Virus record (IMG/VR): IMGVR_UViG_3300037991_001062
Span: 1-58,105 of that record
Source: a virus
Taxonomy: Duplodnaviria; Caudoviricetes
Strand: one strand, 5' to 3'
DNA length: 58,105 bases
The position numbers and the translations under genes are program-made. The notes under the pieces are model-generated. The model made no database searches, was not told where the DNA came from, and was given only the letters and a program-made list of their open reading frames with translations. Shown here piece after piece: positions 27,280 through 37,755 of this stretch (positions are counted from its first letter, which is position 1; every line of letters starts with the position of its first letter).

Positions 27280-30200
27280 TATCTATAACTTTTTCTTTTA
27301 GATGTATCTGTAAGATACAAAGATATAATATTTAATCTTTGTGTGTTCCTGTCTATCAGCCTAACTCCCATATATTTATCAATAAACTTCTTTCTTGTAT
27401 CAAAAGATTTTGCAACATCTAAATATCCAGCGTTCTGAGTTATCTCCATGCCGTCACTATTAAACTGCAAAGAGGTATTATCAGCTTCAATTGTAGCGCC
27501 TGCAACATTTGTTAAATCTGCATCATCTCTAAAGTTATTAAAATACCATCCTCTTTCATTTCTCCTTGTATTTGCTCCTAAAATATATGAACCACTAAAA
27601 GGTACTATAGGGACTTCTCTAGACATCTGTTCTGAATTGTAAACAAATATATGAGTAAATCCTGGATTATGTAATAAACTTCCTGTTGCAGCAACGGCAT
27701 CATTGTATGCTTCAGACGCTTCTACATCTACAGTCCAGTTTACAGATGAAAAAAGTTTATTGTCTGAAGGACCAGCATTATCTATAAATTCAAATATAAA
27801 TGGTGCAGTTCCACCCGAACCTGTAAAAAGCCCTGGTGTTCCCTTTTGGTGCTGCAAATTAGCAGCAGCATATAAACTAACATTATCCTCTAGTTTATAC
27901 ATCTTTGTATTTGTATATGGATAAAATATAGAGCCGTAATCATGAAAAGATCCCCAAGCCTTTAACGCGGGGTAATAAGAAATAGTCCAATACTTAGCTG
28001 TAAAATATGTTAAATTAGTTATAGCTATAGATTTTTGATCGGGCTGACTTAGTGTTTTAGGTTCAAAACTATAAGTACCAGTGTCTCGATTAAAAGTATA
28101 ATTATAATCGTTAAATATATCTATCATATCCTTAGAAGGTGCTAGATAATGATATGTAAGAACAATTCTATCTAGTTGTGCATCATACCCTGCTGTAGCA
28201 CCTATATTTATAGTAGGCTTATCATAATCTATAGGCAGGGCATATTCCCACAAAGGCTGCGTCATGTTCTCCTGAAACCAACCAAACATACCCATAGTTA
28301 TATCCTCTAGCTTATCAGTAAACAAAAAGCATCTTTTAGAAGCAACATCAACATAAAAATATCCATTAGTAGTAACAACTCCTGACCACTGTGATTGTGT
28401 ACCACCTTGTCCTCTTTCAGTTGTTATAACTTCAGATGGATCTCTTTCAAAAAAGTCACCGCTACCTAATGATGCAGCCACTGCTCCAACAGCTAGTTCT
28501 TCTTTACCTCTTGTAAGCATAAGACTTCTTTCCATATGAGGTATAAGTAAAGATCTCATAGCTTCTAATCTCCAAAGCTCTCCACGGTGTCTAGGTAAAT
28601 CTCTAAACTGTCCAGGTTTAAATACTCTAAAGTTATCTGTAAGACCTGATTGATTATACTTAACGCTTCTTATAATTCTAGTAGGAAAATCTTCTAGTGT
28701 AGATATAGGATCTTTATAGTTGTAAGGAATTATAAGTTTTATATCTCCTTCTGCATTATAGTCATCATTAAAGTCATAATCTCTTTGATAAAAAGTATCT
28801 GCTCCAGTTTGTAATAATCTACTTCTAAAAGGCACTGCTGGAAAAAATGCACTGCTCTTATCTTCAGGATCTCTTTCACGCATAGCTACGTGACTTCTAC
28901 TACTTGTAGGAAACAAATGTGTAGCATGATCATATATTGGATTTAAGTCATCTCCAAAATAAAGAGATGTACCGTGTCCTGGATGTATTCCCACTTGATT
29001 TATTCCTCCTTCTGGTCCAAATGCTTCTACATCAACTACGTTAGACATTTTCATCTTTGTGATACCAACCATACCTAAGAAAGTATCTCCTCCCATAACA
29101 GTTTCAGCTGTCGCTGCCGTAGGATTTATAATCTGTGCCTCAACTAATCCTGAGGTTCTATATAAATGTCCTGTATATACAAGCTCATTTTGTTCTTCAA
29201 AGTTATTATATACATCATCTCTAATAGCATATAAATTACCAAATACACTACTGATTCTAGTATCAAGTGCAGCATTCCAACCTGCTCCTCCACCAGCATT
29301 AAAGGATGGTTCTACAGTATCAAATGGTATAGCATCATGAACCTCTTCTACATGATATATATTCGCATCATCAACAAGACCATTAAAATTAAGATTATCA
29401 CTTAAAATTAAATATCTATCTATAGGATATACATTTAATATTATAGTTTGAGTACCATTTTCATTTTGCACAGAACTTCCAGGCACAGTTACATTATCTG
29501 CACCTCCTGCTGGTAAGTATGATTTACCTGCTAAAGGAACTACATAGTTACCAAAACTACCGAAAAAACTATAGTTTTGCAATCTAGCTCCTGTAGTATA
29601 CGCTCTGTAATCATAAGGAGCTAAATACTCACTAGGTCTAAGTCTACACCAATCTATAAATAATCTAGTAGCTCTGCTACTTCCCATAAAAGTACCAGTA
29701 TCATCATCTGCTACAACAGTTATACCTTTATGAAAACCATTATCTAAATATCCTGAAGCAGAACCTCCAGATCTATCACATAAGTTATGATACCTACATC
29801 CCTTAAACACATTAGCAGCTTCTATACTATCTCCTGTAATTAAACTGTGATACCCATCGAATACAGGATGATTACCTGTTTGTTTGTTGCCAGGAGTATT
29901 AAAACTTACATCACTAAAAGTACTTGTAGGCATTGGTATAATAATAGAATTACTGTCACTATTATTTCTACCTGGTTCAGAAATCATACCATGATCTATA
30001 ACAGTAGCATTTTCAGACGATCTGTTTGCATAATATATTTTATAGCCTAATACTAATTCTCTAATTTCTTCTGGGAATGGTATGTTATAAGCTTTAAATC
30101 CCATAGGATTAAAATACACAGTAGTATATCCCATACCTGTATACGCACCATCCCATATAAATCCTCCACCTTGATCTGCTCTAGCTCCCATACAGCTAGC

Positions 30201-31895
30201 TCCTGCAGCTGCGTTAAGATTTTCATTACCATCAGGAACAGGAAGTTGTACTTGTGCTTGAGAGCTTATAGACTCTGCAGGAAAATGATGATGTCTAACT
30301 GGTGTATTATGTAATGAGTTGCCAGTATACACAGAATTACCATCTGCATCTACTGTCCATATTTGAAAGTCATTATTAGGATCATTAGCAACTGTAGGAT
30401 AATTTTCATTATCATTTTGCCAGTATCCCATACCATTAGAACCCGGCGCTGTAGAACCTTCTGTAGTTAGATGATACATTCTAGCTGTAAGTCCTGAAGC
30501 GTTATACGCCACATTAGGTCCTAAATAAGGTTGATCATCAGGATTATCTACATCATCATAAAAGTCTGTTTCTGAAGCACCATTCTGCATAAGAGTGTTT
30601 ACTGCAGCTCTTCCAGGGATATGATATGCCATAGATTCAGAACCATCTTTTAATACCCAAGTAATATAAAAAGCATAAACCTCATCTCTATCGTATCCTT
30701 TAAAAAAATAATTATCATATGCAGATCTACCAAACCCTTGATTATTATTTGTTGTTCTAAATAATCCGTCTACAGTTATACCTGCAAAGTCTCTTTGATG
30801 TGATGCATTAGCATTATCATTAGTACCTGCATTTGGGTCAAGTTGTACTGATTCTATTATAATACTATTTGCATACTTCTGATACCCTAAATCTATCTTA
30901 GTTCTTACAAGGTTACCAAGATATAATACATCATCTACTTGAGCTATTGTTTTTGCTTTTTTATAAGCTGCTCTAGGAACTTGTGCATCAGCTAGAGTAA
31001 ATGGTTCAGCAGTCTCATATCCTGTATACTGAACAGTCATTGTAGTACCAGTAATAGGTTTATCTGGAAGTTGAACAGCAGTTCTAACTCCTGATACCTG
31101 CTTTATAAATATAGGTCTAACTGCTGCATAGGAGACATCAATATGTCTAATATCCATAAGTATTTTCTTACCGCTACTAGTTCCTGCATCTGCGCCCATA
31201 TAACCATTAGCAGAATAATTTTCTGCTGCACCAAAAGGAGTATCTGCTAAACCTTCCGATACAGCATTAATATATATAGGATTACTTACATCCAAGACAT
31301 TTGTAGTAGCACCAGTTTCACTTACAAACTGTAATGTAAAATAGTATGTACCTACATTTAGTGTACCACCACTACTTACTTTATTAAGAATTACCTTTGG
31401 ATAAGATGCTATTTTTGGAAATATATCAAAAGTAACTTCTATATCTAAACCAGCTACAGGTACAGGAGGATTAGTAAGATTCATAAATCTAGGAGGATTG
31501 TTGTCATCCGTCCAATATACTGTTACATCATCTGTAGCATTTATTTTATATTCTCCTTCAATAGGAAATAATACATCAAAATTTAACTTATCGTTACATA
31601 CAGTATCATCAAATAGTACAGTATATGTCCCTAAGCCAGAAGTAGCAGAAGTCCATCTACCTATTCTAGAGCTGCCTAAATTATCAATAGTAAATATTAC
31701 AATATCATTATCATCTAGAACTATATACCCAACTACACTCTCATCGTTATTTCCAAGTTTTTGTTGTACATCCCCTTTCTCAGAAACAATACACATTTTC
31801 TTTATATCGATAACAGCATTTTTTGCATACCGATATGTTCCAGCAGGCTGATCTATTGGACTAGTGTCCCTATTTAATCCATTTACTCTCTTCAT
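27279..31895 (-). CDS. Tail stabilisation / muzzle-like protein (1538 aa)
   Basis: N-terminal GLNRDTSP..QP.GTYRYAKN, VYWTDDNNPPRFMN, LYLGN, GY.RDEVYAFYI.W and C-terminal WTISY...W.SFHDY, all resembling crAss-like stabilisation proteins. Syntenic between a ring gene and cargo genes. Confidence 0.75.
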   Translation of the reverse strand: MKRVNGLNRDTSPIDQPAGTYRYAKNAVIDIKKMCIVSEKGDVQQKLGNNDESVVGYIVLDDNDIVIFTIDNLGSSRIGRWTSATSGLGTYTVLFDDTVCNDKLNFDVLFPIEGEYKINATDDVTVYWTDDNNPPRFMNLTNPPVPVAGLDIEVTFDIFPKIASYPKVILNKVSSGGTLNVGTYYFTLQFVSETGATTNVLDVSNPIYINAVSEGLADTPFGAAENYSANGYMGADAGTSSGKKILMDIRHIDVSYAAVRPIFIKQVSGVRTAVQLPDKPITGTTMTVQYTGYETAEPFTLADAQVPRAAYKKAKTIAQVDDVLYLGNLVRTKIDLGYQKYANSIIIESVQLDPNAGTNDNANASHQRDFAGITVDGLFRTTNNNQGFGRSAYDNYFFKGYDRDEVYAFYITWVLKDGSESMAYHIPGRAAVNTLMQNGASETDFYDDVDNPDDQPYLGPNVAYNASGLTARMYHLTTEGSTAPGSNGMGYWQNDNENYPTVANDPNNDFQIWTVDADGNSVYTGNSLHNTPVRHHHFPAESISSQAQVQLPVPDGNENLNAAAGASCMGARADQGGGFIWDGAYTGMGYTTVYFNPMGFKAYNIPFPEEIRELVLGYKIYYANRSSENATVIDHGMISEPGRNNSDSNSIIIPMPTSTFSDVSFNTPGNKQTGNHPVFDGYHSLITGDSIEAANVFKGCRYHNLCDRSGGSASGYLDNGFHKGITVVADDDTGTFMGSSRATRLFIDWCRLRPSEYLAPYDYRAYTTGARLQNYSFFGSFGNYVVPLAGKSYLPAGGADNVTVPGSSVQNENGTQTIILNVYPIDRYLILSDNLNFNGLVDDANIYHVEEVHDAIPFDTVEPSFNAGGGAGWNAALDTRISSVFGNLYAIRDDVYNNFEEQNELVYTGHLYRTSGLVEAQIINPTAATAETVMGGDTFLGMVGITKMKMSNVVDVEAFGPEGGINQVGIHPGHGTSLYFGDDLNPIYDHATHLFPTSSRSHVAMRERDPEDKSSAFFPAVPFRSRLLQTGADTFYQRDYDFNDDYNAEGDIKLIIPYNYKDPISTLEDFPTRIIRSVKYNQSGLTDNFRVFKPGQFRDLPRHRGELWRLEAMRSLLIPHMERSLMLTRGKEELAVGAVAASLGSGDFFERDPSEVITTERGQGGTQSQWSGVVTTNGYFYVDVASKRCFLFTDKLEDITMGMFGWFQENMTQPLWEYALPIDYDKPTINIGATAGYDAQLDRIVLTYHYLAPSKDMIDIFNDYNYTFNRDTGTYSFEPKTLSQPDQKSIAITNLTYFTAKYWTISYYPALKAWGSFHDYGSIFYPYTNTKMYKLEDNVSLYAAANLQHQKGTPGLFTGSGGTAPFIFEFIDNAGPSDNKLFSSVNWTVDVEASEAYNDAVAATGSLLHNPGFTHIFVYNSEQMSREVPIVPFSGSYILGANTRRNERGWYFNNFRDDADLTNVAGATIEADNTSLQFNSDGMEITQNAGYLDVAKSFDTRKKFIDKYMGVRLIDRNTQRLNIISLYLTDTSKRKSYR

Positions 31896-32803
31896 TAGTA
31901 ATCGATACTACGTGTTAATCGTTCTCTTGTGTTAAGGTTTTCAAATGCTGTATTGTGTCTGTTCATGTTTGGTATCATACGTACCCACTGATTCAAGAAT
32001 GACTCCCATCTATCAATGTCTGGATATACAGCAGCATTTCTAGCTTGCGAGCAGTAGTATCTCCACTTCTCATCTGCAAACTGATAGTTTATACCATTAA
32101 CACTGTGAGTTATTAACCCACCTAATAATAATTTTTTATATATGTACCAGAACATAGCCTCTTTGAAACTAACGTCATCTGGTATCATTGGATAGCCGTC
32201 CTCATCACAAGGAAAAGCTTTATAACTTAAACATACTTTACCTGATACAAAAGATGTTTTTATAACACCTTCATCTACAAAATATGTTTCTTTATGTTTA
32301 GCTACTTCATTTACACAATCATCACAGTGTAAGGCTTTAGGAAACGTTCCAGTAGCATAAGACAGTGGCTGTAAACCATTACCATCAGCAAGGTATATAT
32401 TTTCTAATACAATTATTCTATTGTTTAAATCTCTAAGATCTCTTATCAAAGTTCCTGTAGGATCTTCACAGTCTTCACAAAGAGATGCAGTATCTTGTAG
32501 TTTAAGATTTATAGCATCTACCTTTGTTATAAGCTCTGTAAGCTCGTTTTCTATAGAAGGGGATATTGTAGTGTTTATTGCTACCTGATTTATGTAATAC
32601 AAATCAGAAGGTAAAGTAGCTCTATAGTTGCTAATAGTCAATACACATCCTTTTTCTACTAACTGTGCTGATGCACCAATATGCTCAAGAGCTTCTCCTA
32701 TCCATTCCACAGCATCAATAACCCAGTTACCATCAGATGTCTGCAGATCTCTCATAACTTTACTTATGATAGCTCTACTAGTTATATTTTTATATACTGC
32801 CAT
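31895..32803 (-). CDS. Tail ring / tubular protein
   Basis: VEWIGEAL..IG, LPSDLYYI, IKTSF..G.V.LSY.AFP.DEDGYPMIPD and EA..WYI motifs. Immediately upstream of the muzzle-like gene. Confidence 0.65.
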   Translation of the reverse strand: MAVYKNITSRAIISKVMRDLQTSDGNWVIDAVEWIGEALEHIGASAQLVEKGCVLTISNYRATLPSDLYYINQVAINTTISPSIENELTELITKVDAINLKLQDTASLCEDCEDPTGTLIRDLRDLNNRIIVLENIYLADGNGLQPLSYATGTFPKALHCDDCVNEVAKHKETYFVDEGVIKTSFVSGKVCLSYKAFPCDEDGYPMIPDDVSFKEAMFWYIYKKLLLGGLITHSVNGINYQFADEKWRYYCSQARNAAVYPDIDRWESFLNQWVRMIPNMNRHNTAFENLNTRERLTRSIDY

Positions 32804-33272
32804 TCTTTTTAAATCTTAAATAGGCTAAGTCATCATTCCGCAATAGCCTTGTTAGTTTTTCCTTATTGCCCTTTATACCTCTACTAGCATCAAATCTATA
32901 TACAGATTTATTTTTTACTTTGCATCTACCTTTATACCAATAGTATTTACAGTAGTATTCATCTGTATAATATATGTGCCATTTAGTTCCTTCACCTGTA
33001 GAAGCATCATACAATTTTATTTTGTTTTTTACAAGTTCTGACTTGTATTTATTTGACTCTATCCAATCTATAACTTTACGCTGAGGATCTCTATCCATTC
33101 TAAGTATAGAAATTGTAGATAAATTATTACCCATATTAAACTCTCCGCCTTCTAAGATCATATCAATAACCATCTCATTGAAGTCAAAACAAAGTTCTTT
33201 AAAAAGGTTTTTATCTATATCTTCTACATTAGAGTTGTAATCCTCATATATATTAGTTATAGTGTGGTTCAC
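32790..33272 (-). CDS. Conserved crAss-like protein, possibly IHF/HU-like DNA-binding fold
   Basis: Helix followed by 'ILEGGEFNMGNNLSTISI', which resembles the HU/IHF 'L..G..V.L..FG.F' segment. Position matches IHF-like genes in crAss tail blocks. Confidence 0.5.
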   Translation of the reverse strand: MNHTITNIYEDYNSNVEDIDKNLFKELCFDFNEMVIDMILEGGEFNMGNNLSTISILRMDRDPQRKVIDWIESNKYKSELVKNKIKLYDASTGEGTKWHIYYTDEYYCKYYWYKGRCKVKNKSVYRFDASRGIKGNKEKLTRLLRNDDLAYLRFKKNGSI

Positions 33273-33610
33273 TTCTTCTTAGCTTTCTTCTTTAGGCCTC
33301 CGTACATTTTGTATCCCATCTTGTTACGTACAGATTTAGGCAACTTCTGTAGACCTTTCTGATCTTCTGTAGGAGTTTTTAATCCTCCTGGCTGCATCTT
33401 CTTATAACCGCCTATCATTTTCTTCATACTTCCGTATTTATACTTCATAGTCTTCATAAGCTTATTAGCCATTCCGCCACCTTTCATCTTTCCTTTGCCA
33501 TCAGCTGCATAGAAAGGAACCATTTTACCAGTCTTAGGATCTTTTACCATCTTAAGTCCTTTTTTGTTCTTTAAGCCTCCAGGCTTCATTTTAATTTTAC
33601 CGTATCCCAT
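33269..33610 (-). CDS. Small highly basic Lys/Met/Gly-rich protein
   Basis: 113-aa ORF with repeated KMxxGG units and a MVPFYAADGKG motif. Confidence 0.7.
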   Translation of the reverse strand: MGYGKIKMKPGGLKNKKGLKMVKDPKTGKMVPFYAADGKGKMKGGGMANKLMKTMKYKYGSMKKMIGGYKKMQPGGLKTPTEDQKGLQKLPKSVRNKMGYKMYGGLKKKAKKK

Positions 33611-33621
33611 AATTGTATAGT

Positions 33622-33930
33622 TTAACGCCAGTTACTGCAACTACCGCAGTTCCAAGCTCTTAATGATTTATTAATTCTTGATTGTGGATCTCTAGCCGTC
33701 TTACTAGATGTACGTCTTCTTTTCATTCCGCACATTCTACTACAGAAACTTGATCTCCTTTTATTACCTTTCTTTTTGCTAGGAGCTTTTAGGTTACCTC
33801 CTGTTGCTCTATTATACGACGCACGACCTTTTGCATTCAATCCTCCTTTTGGATTCTTGCCTGCTTTTCTTTGCCATGCTGGAGACTTAGCTCCTCCTCT
33901 TGCGTATTCTAAAATATCTTTTGCTGTCAT
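33622..33930 (-). CDS. Small basic phage protein (DUF6321-like)
   Basis: SPAWQRKAGKNPKGGLNAKGRASYN...RRSSFCSRM.GM...SRINKSLRAWNC is a widespread phage protein pattern. Confidence 0.65.
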   Translation of the reverse strand: MTAKDILEYARGGAKSPAWQRKAGKNPKGGLNAKGRASYNRATGGNLKAPSKKKGNKRRSSFCSRMCGMKRRRTSSKTARDPQSRINKSLRAWNCGSCSNWR

Positions 33931-33933
33931 ATC

Positions 33934-34794
33934 TTATTGTGTTGGTGGATCTTGCAATCTATCTAATTCTGTATCATTCATTACAGGATTAGCAAGCATC
34001 ATCATACTACCACTAATTAAACCTTGCGTAATAGCCTCAGTCATATCTGCAGGCATAGGGAACAAGTGATTATCATCATAACAATTAGAACCATTACAAT
34101 CATAATATTTCAATGCCTCAGGATCTTCAAATACCCCTCTAACATTTATAAGCTCCATACCACCTGGATTAAAGACATATAAATAGTCTTCTATAAAAAA
34201 TGCTTTCTTAGTATCTTTAGTATACTTATCATATGGTAAATATTGTATTCTATTTACATCTACTAAAGGTATTCTCTCAAAACCATCAACAGCTCCAACG
34301 AAAGTTATAAGCTCCTTAAAATTAGCTCTAACAGATCTAGGTATAGTCATTTCAGTTCTAGCTATGATACAGTTTGTGCCATCAAATGTAGGTTTTAATC
34401 TTCCAGCATACTGATAGTTCTCTTGTATAAATGCATTAAGCTGTCCTTCTGTAGCTCCTGCTTCTTGCATAGCAGTATATTCGTCTGACATTTTATCAAA
34501 TATCTTATCAGTCATTTCTGCTTGTTCCATACTAAGACCTTCACTAGGTACAATATTTAAATTATATTCACCGCAACACCTACTTGCATCTACAGGTATA
34601 AGTCTTAAACATTTTAAATCTTGTTCTATATGTCTAGACATAAAATTATTACGAGCTAGATCTCTACGAATCATCATAGCTCTGTAATGTTTTATATTAA
34701 ACTTTACTTGACTAAGAGATATATGATCATCATTATTAGATCTACCTCCTCTAACAATGTTTAAAATATTATATGCAATTTCATTTAATGTCAT
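33934..34794 (-). CDS. Tail ring protein
   Basis: MTLNEIAYNIL...D.IS..Q..F.I..YR at the N-terminus and YLY...INVRGVFEDP...FPMP at the C-terminus, as in crAss-like ring proteins. Confidence 0.65.
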   Translation of the reverse strand: MTLNEIAYNILNIVRGGRSNNDDHISLSQVKFNIKHYRAMMIRRDLARNNFMSRHIEQDLKCLRLIPVDASRCCGEYNLNIVPSEGLSMEQAEMTDKIFDKMSDEYTAMQEAGATEGQLNAFIQENYQYAGRLKPTFDGTNCIIARTEMTIPRSVRANFKELITFVGAVDGFERIPLVDVNRIQYLPYDKYTKDTKKAFFIEDYLYVFNPGGMELINVRGVFEDPEALKYYDCNGSNCYDDNHLFPMPADMTEAITQGLISGSMMMLANPVMNDTELDRLQDPPTQ

Positions 34795-34797
34795 GTT

Positions 34798-35928
34798 TTA
34801 TATATTTGTTTGTAAATACCCTTCATATCCGCGCTCTTTACTCCATATATGTGCCTGTCCTGTTCTCTTTGCTTCATACCCCATCATCTTATGCCAAGCA
34901 TCGTTAGCACAGATAGAAGGTATAAATCTTACTTTTATTCCTCTATACTCATCAACCTGTTCCTTATGTTTATGTCCGCAGTGTACTTCTCTAAACTTAG
35001 ACTGAGCAAACAACATAGGCTGTTCTGTTGCCATTATCAGTGGCATCTCAGCAGGTTTTTCTTTATCTCCGTGTGTAAACATAATTAAGTTAACTCCGTA
35101 TTTATAATATTTTCTAGAGTCAAAGTTGTTATCAACATCAACTCTTTCATCATTTTTAAAGAATGCTCTTAGGTATTCACCTGCATAAAACATTCTCTCG
35201 TAGTCATGATTACCTTGTACAACAACCACATCTACAGGTGCAGCATTGGCTAAGTAGTTTATTGCTCTTACCATAAGATTACAATATCCTACAAATGTTT
35301 CTTGCCACTCTGCTGAATCTTGCTGAGGTGTACCTTTTGTGGTAGCACGGGAATACCCCTCAGAGTTCATACCATCATTACCTATTGGTAATAAGATTTT
35401 TTCTATGTTTAAGCCTTCTGCCTTAGACAATAAATCTTTTACAGTATTCATATACTCCTCCTCAGCTTCGTCAAGTGTCTGTCCAGTATACTTACCATAG
35501 TGAATATCTGGTAAGGAGATCTCATATACAACTGGGTCTTGAACAGTATTATAGTCTTTTTCAACCTTTGGGCTGTAGGATTCTAATAAAGCAATCATTT
35601 CTTCTTTTGCTGCTTTCATTATATTATCCTCTCCTTTGACCACTACAGAGAATCTATTGTCTCCTTGCATATTCTGCCAAAACTTTACAGACTTGACATC
35701 TGTTTCATTTATTCCATTTTCTTTTAAGAACGTTTTGAACTCACTTATCTCTGAAGTACTTACGTTGTCCAAATCAAAGTCAGATCCTTTTGCGTCTATC
35801 CTTGCTTCCGTCAATGCGTGTCTGCAAGTTTCCACGCTACAATTTAGCTTCTCTGATAACCTGGCTGCACCTTCTTTCAAGTAACCAGGCTTCTCTCTTA
35901 GAAAAGCTTTAATTTCATCTTTAGTCAT
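34798..35928 (-). CDS. Calcineurin-like metallophosphoesterase
   Basis: All five motifs are present: PDIHYG, GND, QGNHD, THGD and GHKH. Confidence 0.88.
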   Translation of the reverse strand: MTKDEIKAFLREKPGYLKEGAARLSEKLNCSVETCRHALTEARIDAKGSDFDLDNVSTSEISEFKTFLKENGINETDVKSVKFWQNMQGDNRFSVVVKGEDNIMKAAKEEMIALLESYSPKVEKDYNTVQDPVVYEISLPDIHYGKYTGQTLDEAEEEYMNTVKDLLSKAEGLNIEKILLPIGNDGMNSEGYSRATTKGTPQQDSAEWQETFVGYCNLMVRAINYLANAAPVDVVVVQGNHDYERMFYAGEYLRAFFKNDERVDVDNNFDSRKYYKYGVNLIMFTHGDKEKPAEMPLIMATEQPMLFAQSKFREVHCGHKHKEQVDEYRGIKVRFIPSICANDAWHKMMGYEAKRTGQAHIWSKERGYEGYLQTNI

Positions 35929-35942
35929 ATATCTAGGTTTAG

Positions 35943-36362
35943 TTAGTTTTTCTGTGTATCATTTTTCTTTGAGCTACCGCCGAAAAAGAAGTCAACAATT
36001 GTGTTAACTTTTGCACTCATGGCCCCAAAGATAGTAGAAATAAAACTAATTTCAAACTCTCCTAAATTTATATCTCCTAGAACAAAGTGATTAAACATCA
36101 CAAAACTAATACCAAAGTACGCAACTGTGAACAAAGTTGCTAACACTTTTTGTATGATAGCATCGTCTTTATACATGTCACGTGCAGACTTTCTATCTTC
36201 TACTTCTTTAGCAAAAGCTTCACGCTCTGCTTCAAGCATTATCTTTTGTAATTCTATCTTAGCCTGATCTCTTTCTTTATCAGTTGTAATTACTTTGTCT
36301 AATATTCCTTCGGCGTTGTCTAGAACCTTGCCAAACAGTCCGCCCATTACTTTTTGTATCAT
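35943..36362 (-). CDS. Putative holin (3TM/GTA holin-like)
   Basis: ILDKVITTDKERDQAK, DRKSAR, then two hydrophobic helices ending FFFGGS with a basic tail. Confidence 0.7.
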   Translation of the reverse strand: MIQKVMGGLFGKVLDNAEGILDKVITTDKERDQAKIELQKIMLEAEREAFAKEVEDRKSARDMYKDDAIIQKVLATLFTVAYFGISFVMFNHFVLGDINLGEFEISFISTIFGAMSAKVNTIVDFFFGGSSKKNDTQKN

Positions 36363-36710
36363 TTAATTCTCTGTTATAGTATCTGCTTCTATTAATAAAT
36401 CTACCTCTCCAGTATGTGCAGTAGCAAATAATCTTACTGATAGTGGCACTGGATTTGGTATATTAGCTCCTGTATATGCTGGCCCCTGTTTATAGCCATC
36501 CAGTTCTATTGTTACACCTACAGGTATATTTACTTGTGATAAAATCTTAACATCTACTAGTCCTGAACCAATACCAGTTTGCATTAACTGTAAAGTAAAT
36601 ATAGCATTATCACCTACTATGGTACTTGGGTTAGTTATATACATTTTATTAAATGAGCTTATACCTAAGTTATTAGCATTATTTGTATTTATTGTTCTAA
36701 GTATTAACAT
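36363..36710 (-). CDS. Hypothetical protein, predicted beta-rich (115 aa)
   Basis: ORF abuts both neighbours. No motif recognised. Confidence 0.6.
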   Translation of the reverse strand: MLILRTINTNNANNLGISSFNKMYITNPSTIVGDNAIFTLQLMQTGIGSGLVDVKILSQVNIPVGVTIELDGYKQGPAYTGANIPNPVPLSVRLFATAHTGEVDLLIEADTITEN

Positions 36711-36711
36711 A

Positions 36712-37755
36712 CTATATAGTAAATATTGGTGTTCCTATTATTATATTAAAGTTTCCTTGCATAGATACAGTTGAGCTACCTGTACTATTACACACTGCTG
36801 GCATAATAAGATCTCCTGCAGATAAACTAAAAGGAGTTCCAAGTACAGTATTAACTTTATATATCTTGCTATTAGAAGTACCTCCGTCATCATCACCAGC
36901 AGCAAAAAGCCTTTGAGTATATGTTGATGCATTACTTGTTCCTATATCAGGTGTACCTACAAATATAGCTACATCTCTAGGATTAGACTCACTACCGTTA
37001 TTTCTAAACGACCCACTAACTGCAACTAGCTTACAGGCATGTGGCACAAACCAACCTTGTTGTTGCAAATTACTAGCTAGTGACATAGTAACAGTACCAT
37101 CAATAGCTGTGTCTCTAGCTAAACCACTGTTTATAGTAAAGCTGTCAGAACCAAAACCTCCATTAGCTGCAGGTAACTCATAGTTCGTGCCAGTAAAACT
37201 ATTAGTGTTAACTTCCCAGTTTAGGTATTGATAAGCATATAAATCACTTGTAGGTATATTTGCTGCTACGATCTCACCTCTTATAGTTGCTGATGATTTG
37301 TTTTCAACATTGCTTAATCCCAAAGATGTTCTAGCTCCAGGAGCGTTAACTGCCCCAGTTCCACCATTTGCAATAGGTAAAAATCCACTAACATCTGTAG
37401 CTAAGTCAATAGCATTCCTAGTTATTTCTTGTCCTGATAAAGTTATATAATCTAAGCTTCCTGCTAATGTTACATTAGTAGAGTTATCAGTTCCTGCTGC
37501 ATCAACACCTAATGCCGTTCTAGCACTTGCTGCTGAGTTTGAGTTTGTACCTCCATTAGCTATAGGTAACACTCCTGTTACATCACTAGTTAAATCTGTT
37601 GTACCACCACTTACAGTGTTCTTTACTATCTTGTTGTTTGAGTCTAGGCCTAAGTTAGCACCACTAGCAATAGTACCCGTGCTTATATCTTCTAAATAAA
37701 CATCGTTTCTAAATCTAGCAATTAAATCTTGTATGTACTGACCTATAAACCTCAT
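36712..37755 (-). CDS. Tail fibre-like protein with LPIANGGT repeats
   Basis: Two copies of DL..DV.G.LPIANGGT.A..A..AR..LG, a typical fibre shaft repeat, followed by a beta-rich C-terminal domain. Confidence 0.75.
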   Translation of the reverse strand: MRFIGQYIQDLIARFRNDVYLEDISTGTIASGANLGLDSNNKIVKNTVSGGTTDLTSDVTGVLPIANGGTNSNSAASARTALGVDAAGTDNSTNVTLAGSLDYITLSGQEITRNAIDLATDVSGFLPIANGGTGAVNAPGARTSLGLSNVENKSSATIRGEIVAANIPTSDLYAYQYLNWEVNTNSFTGTNYELPAANGGFGSDSFTINSGLARDTAIDGTVTMSLASNLQQQGWFVPHACKLVAVSGSFRNNGSESNPRDVAIFVGTPDIGTSNASTYTQRLFAAGDDDGGTSNSKIYKVNTVLGTPFSLSAGDLIMPAVCNSTGSSTVSMQGNFNIIIGTPIFTI

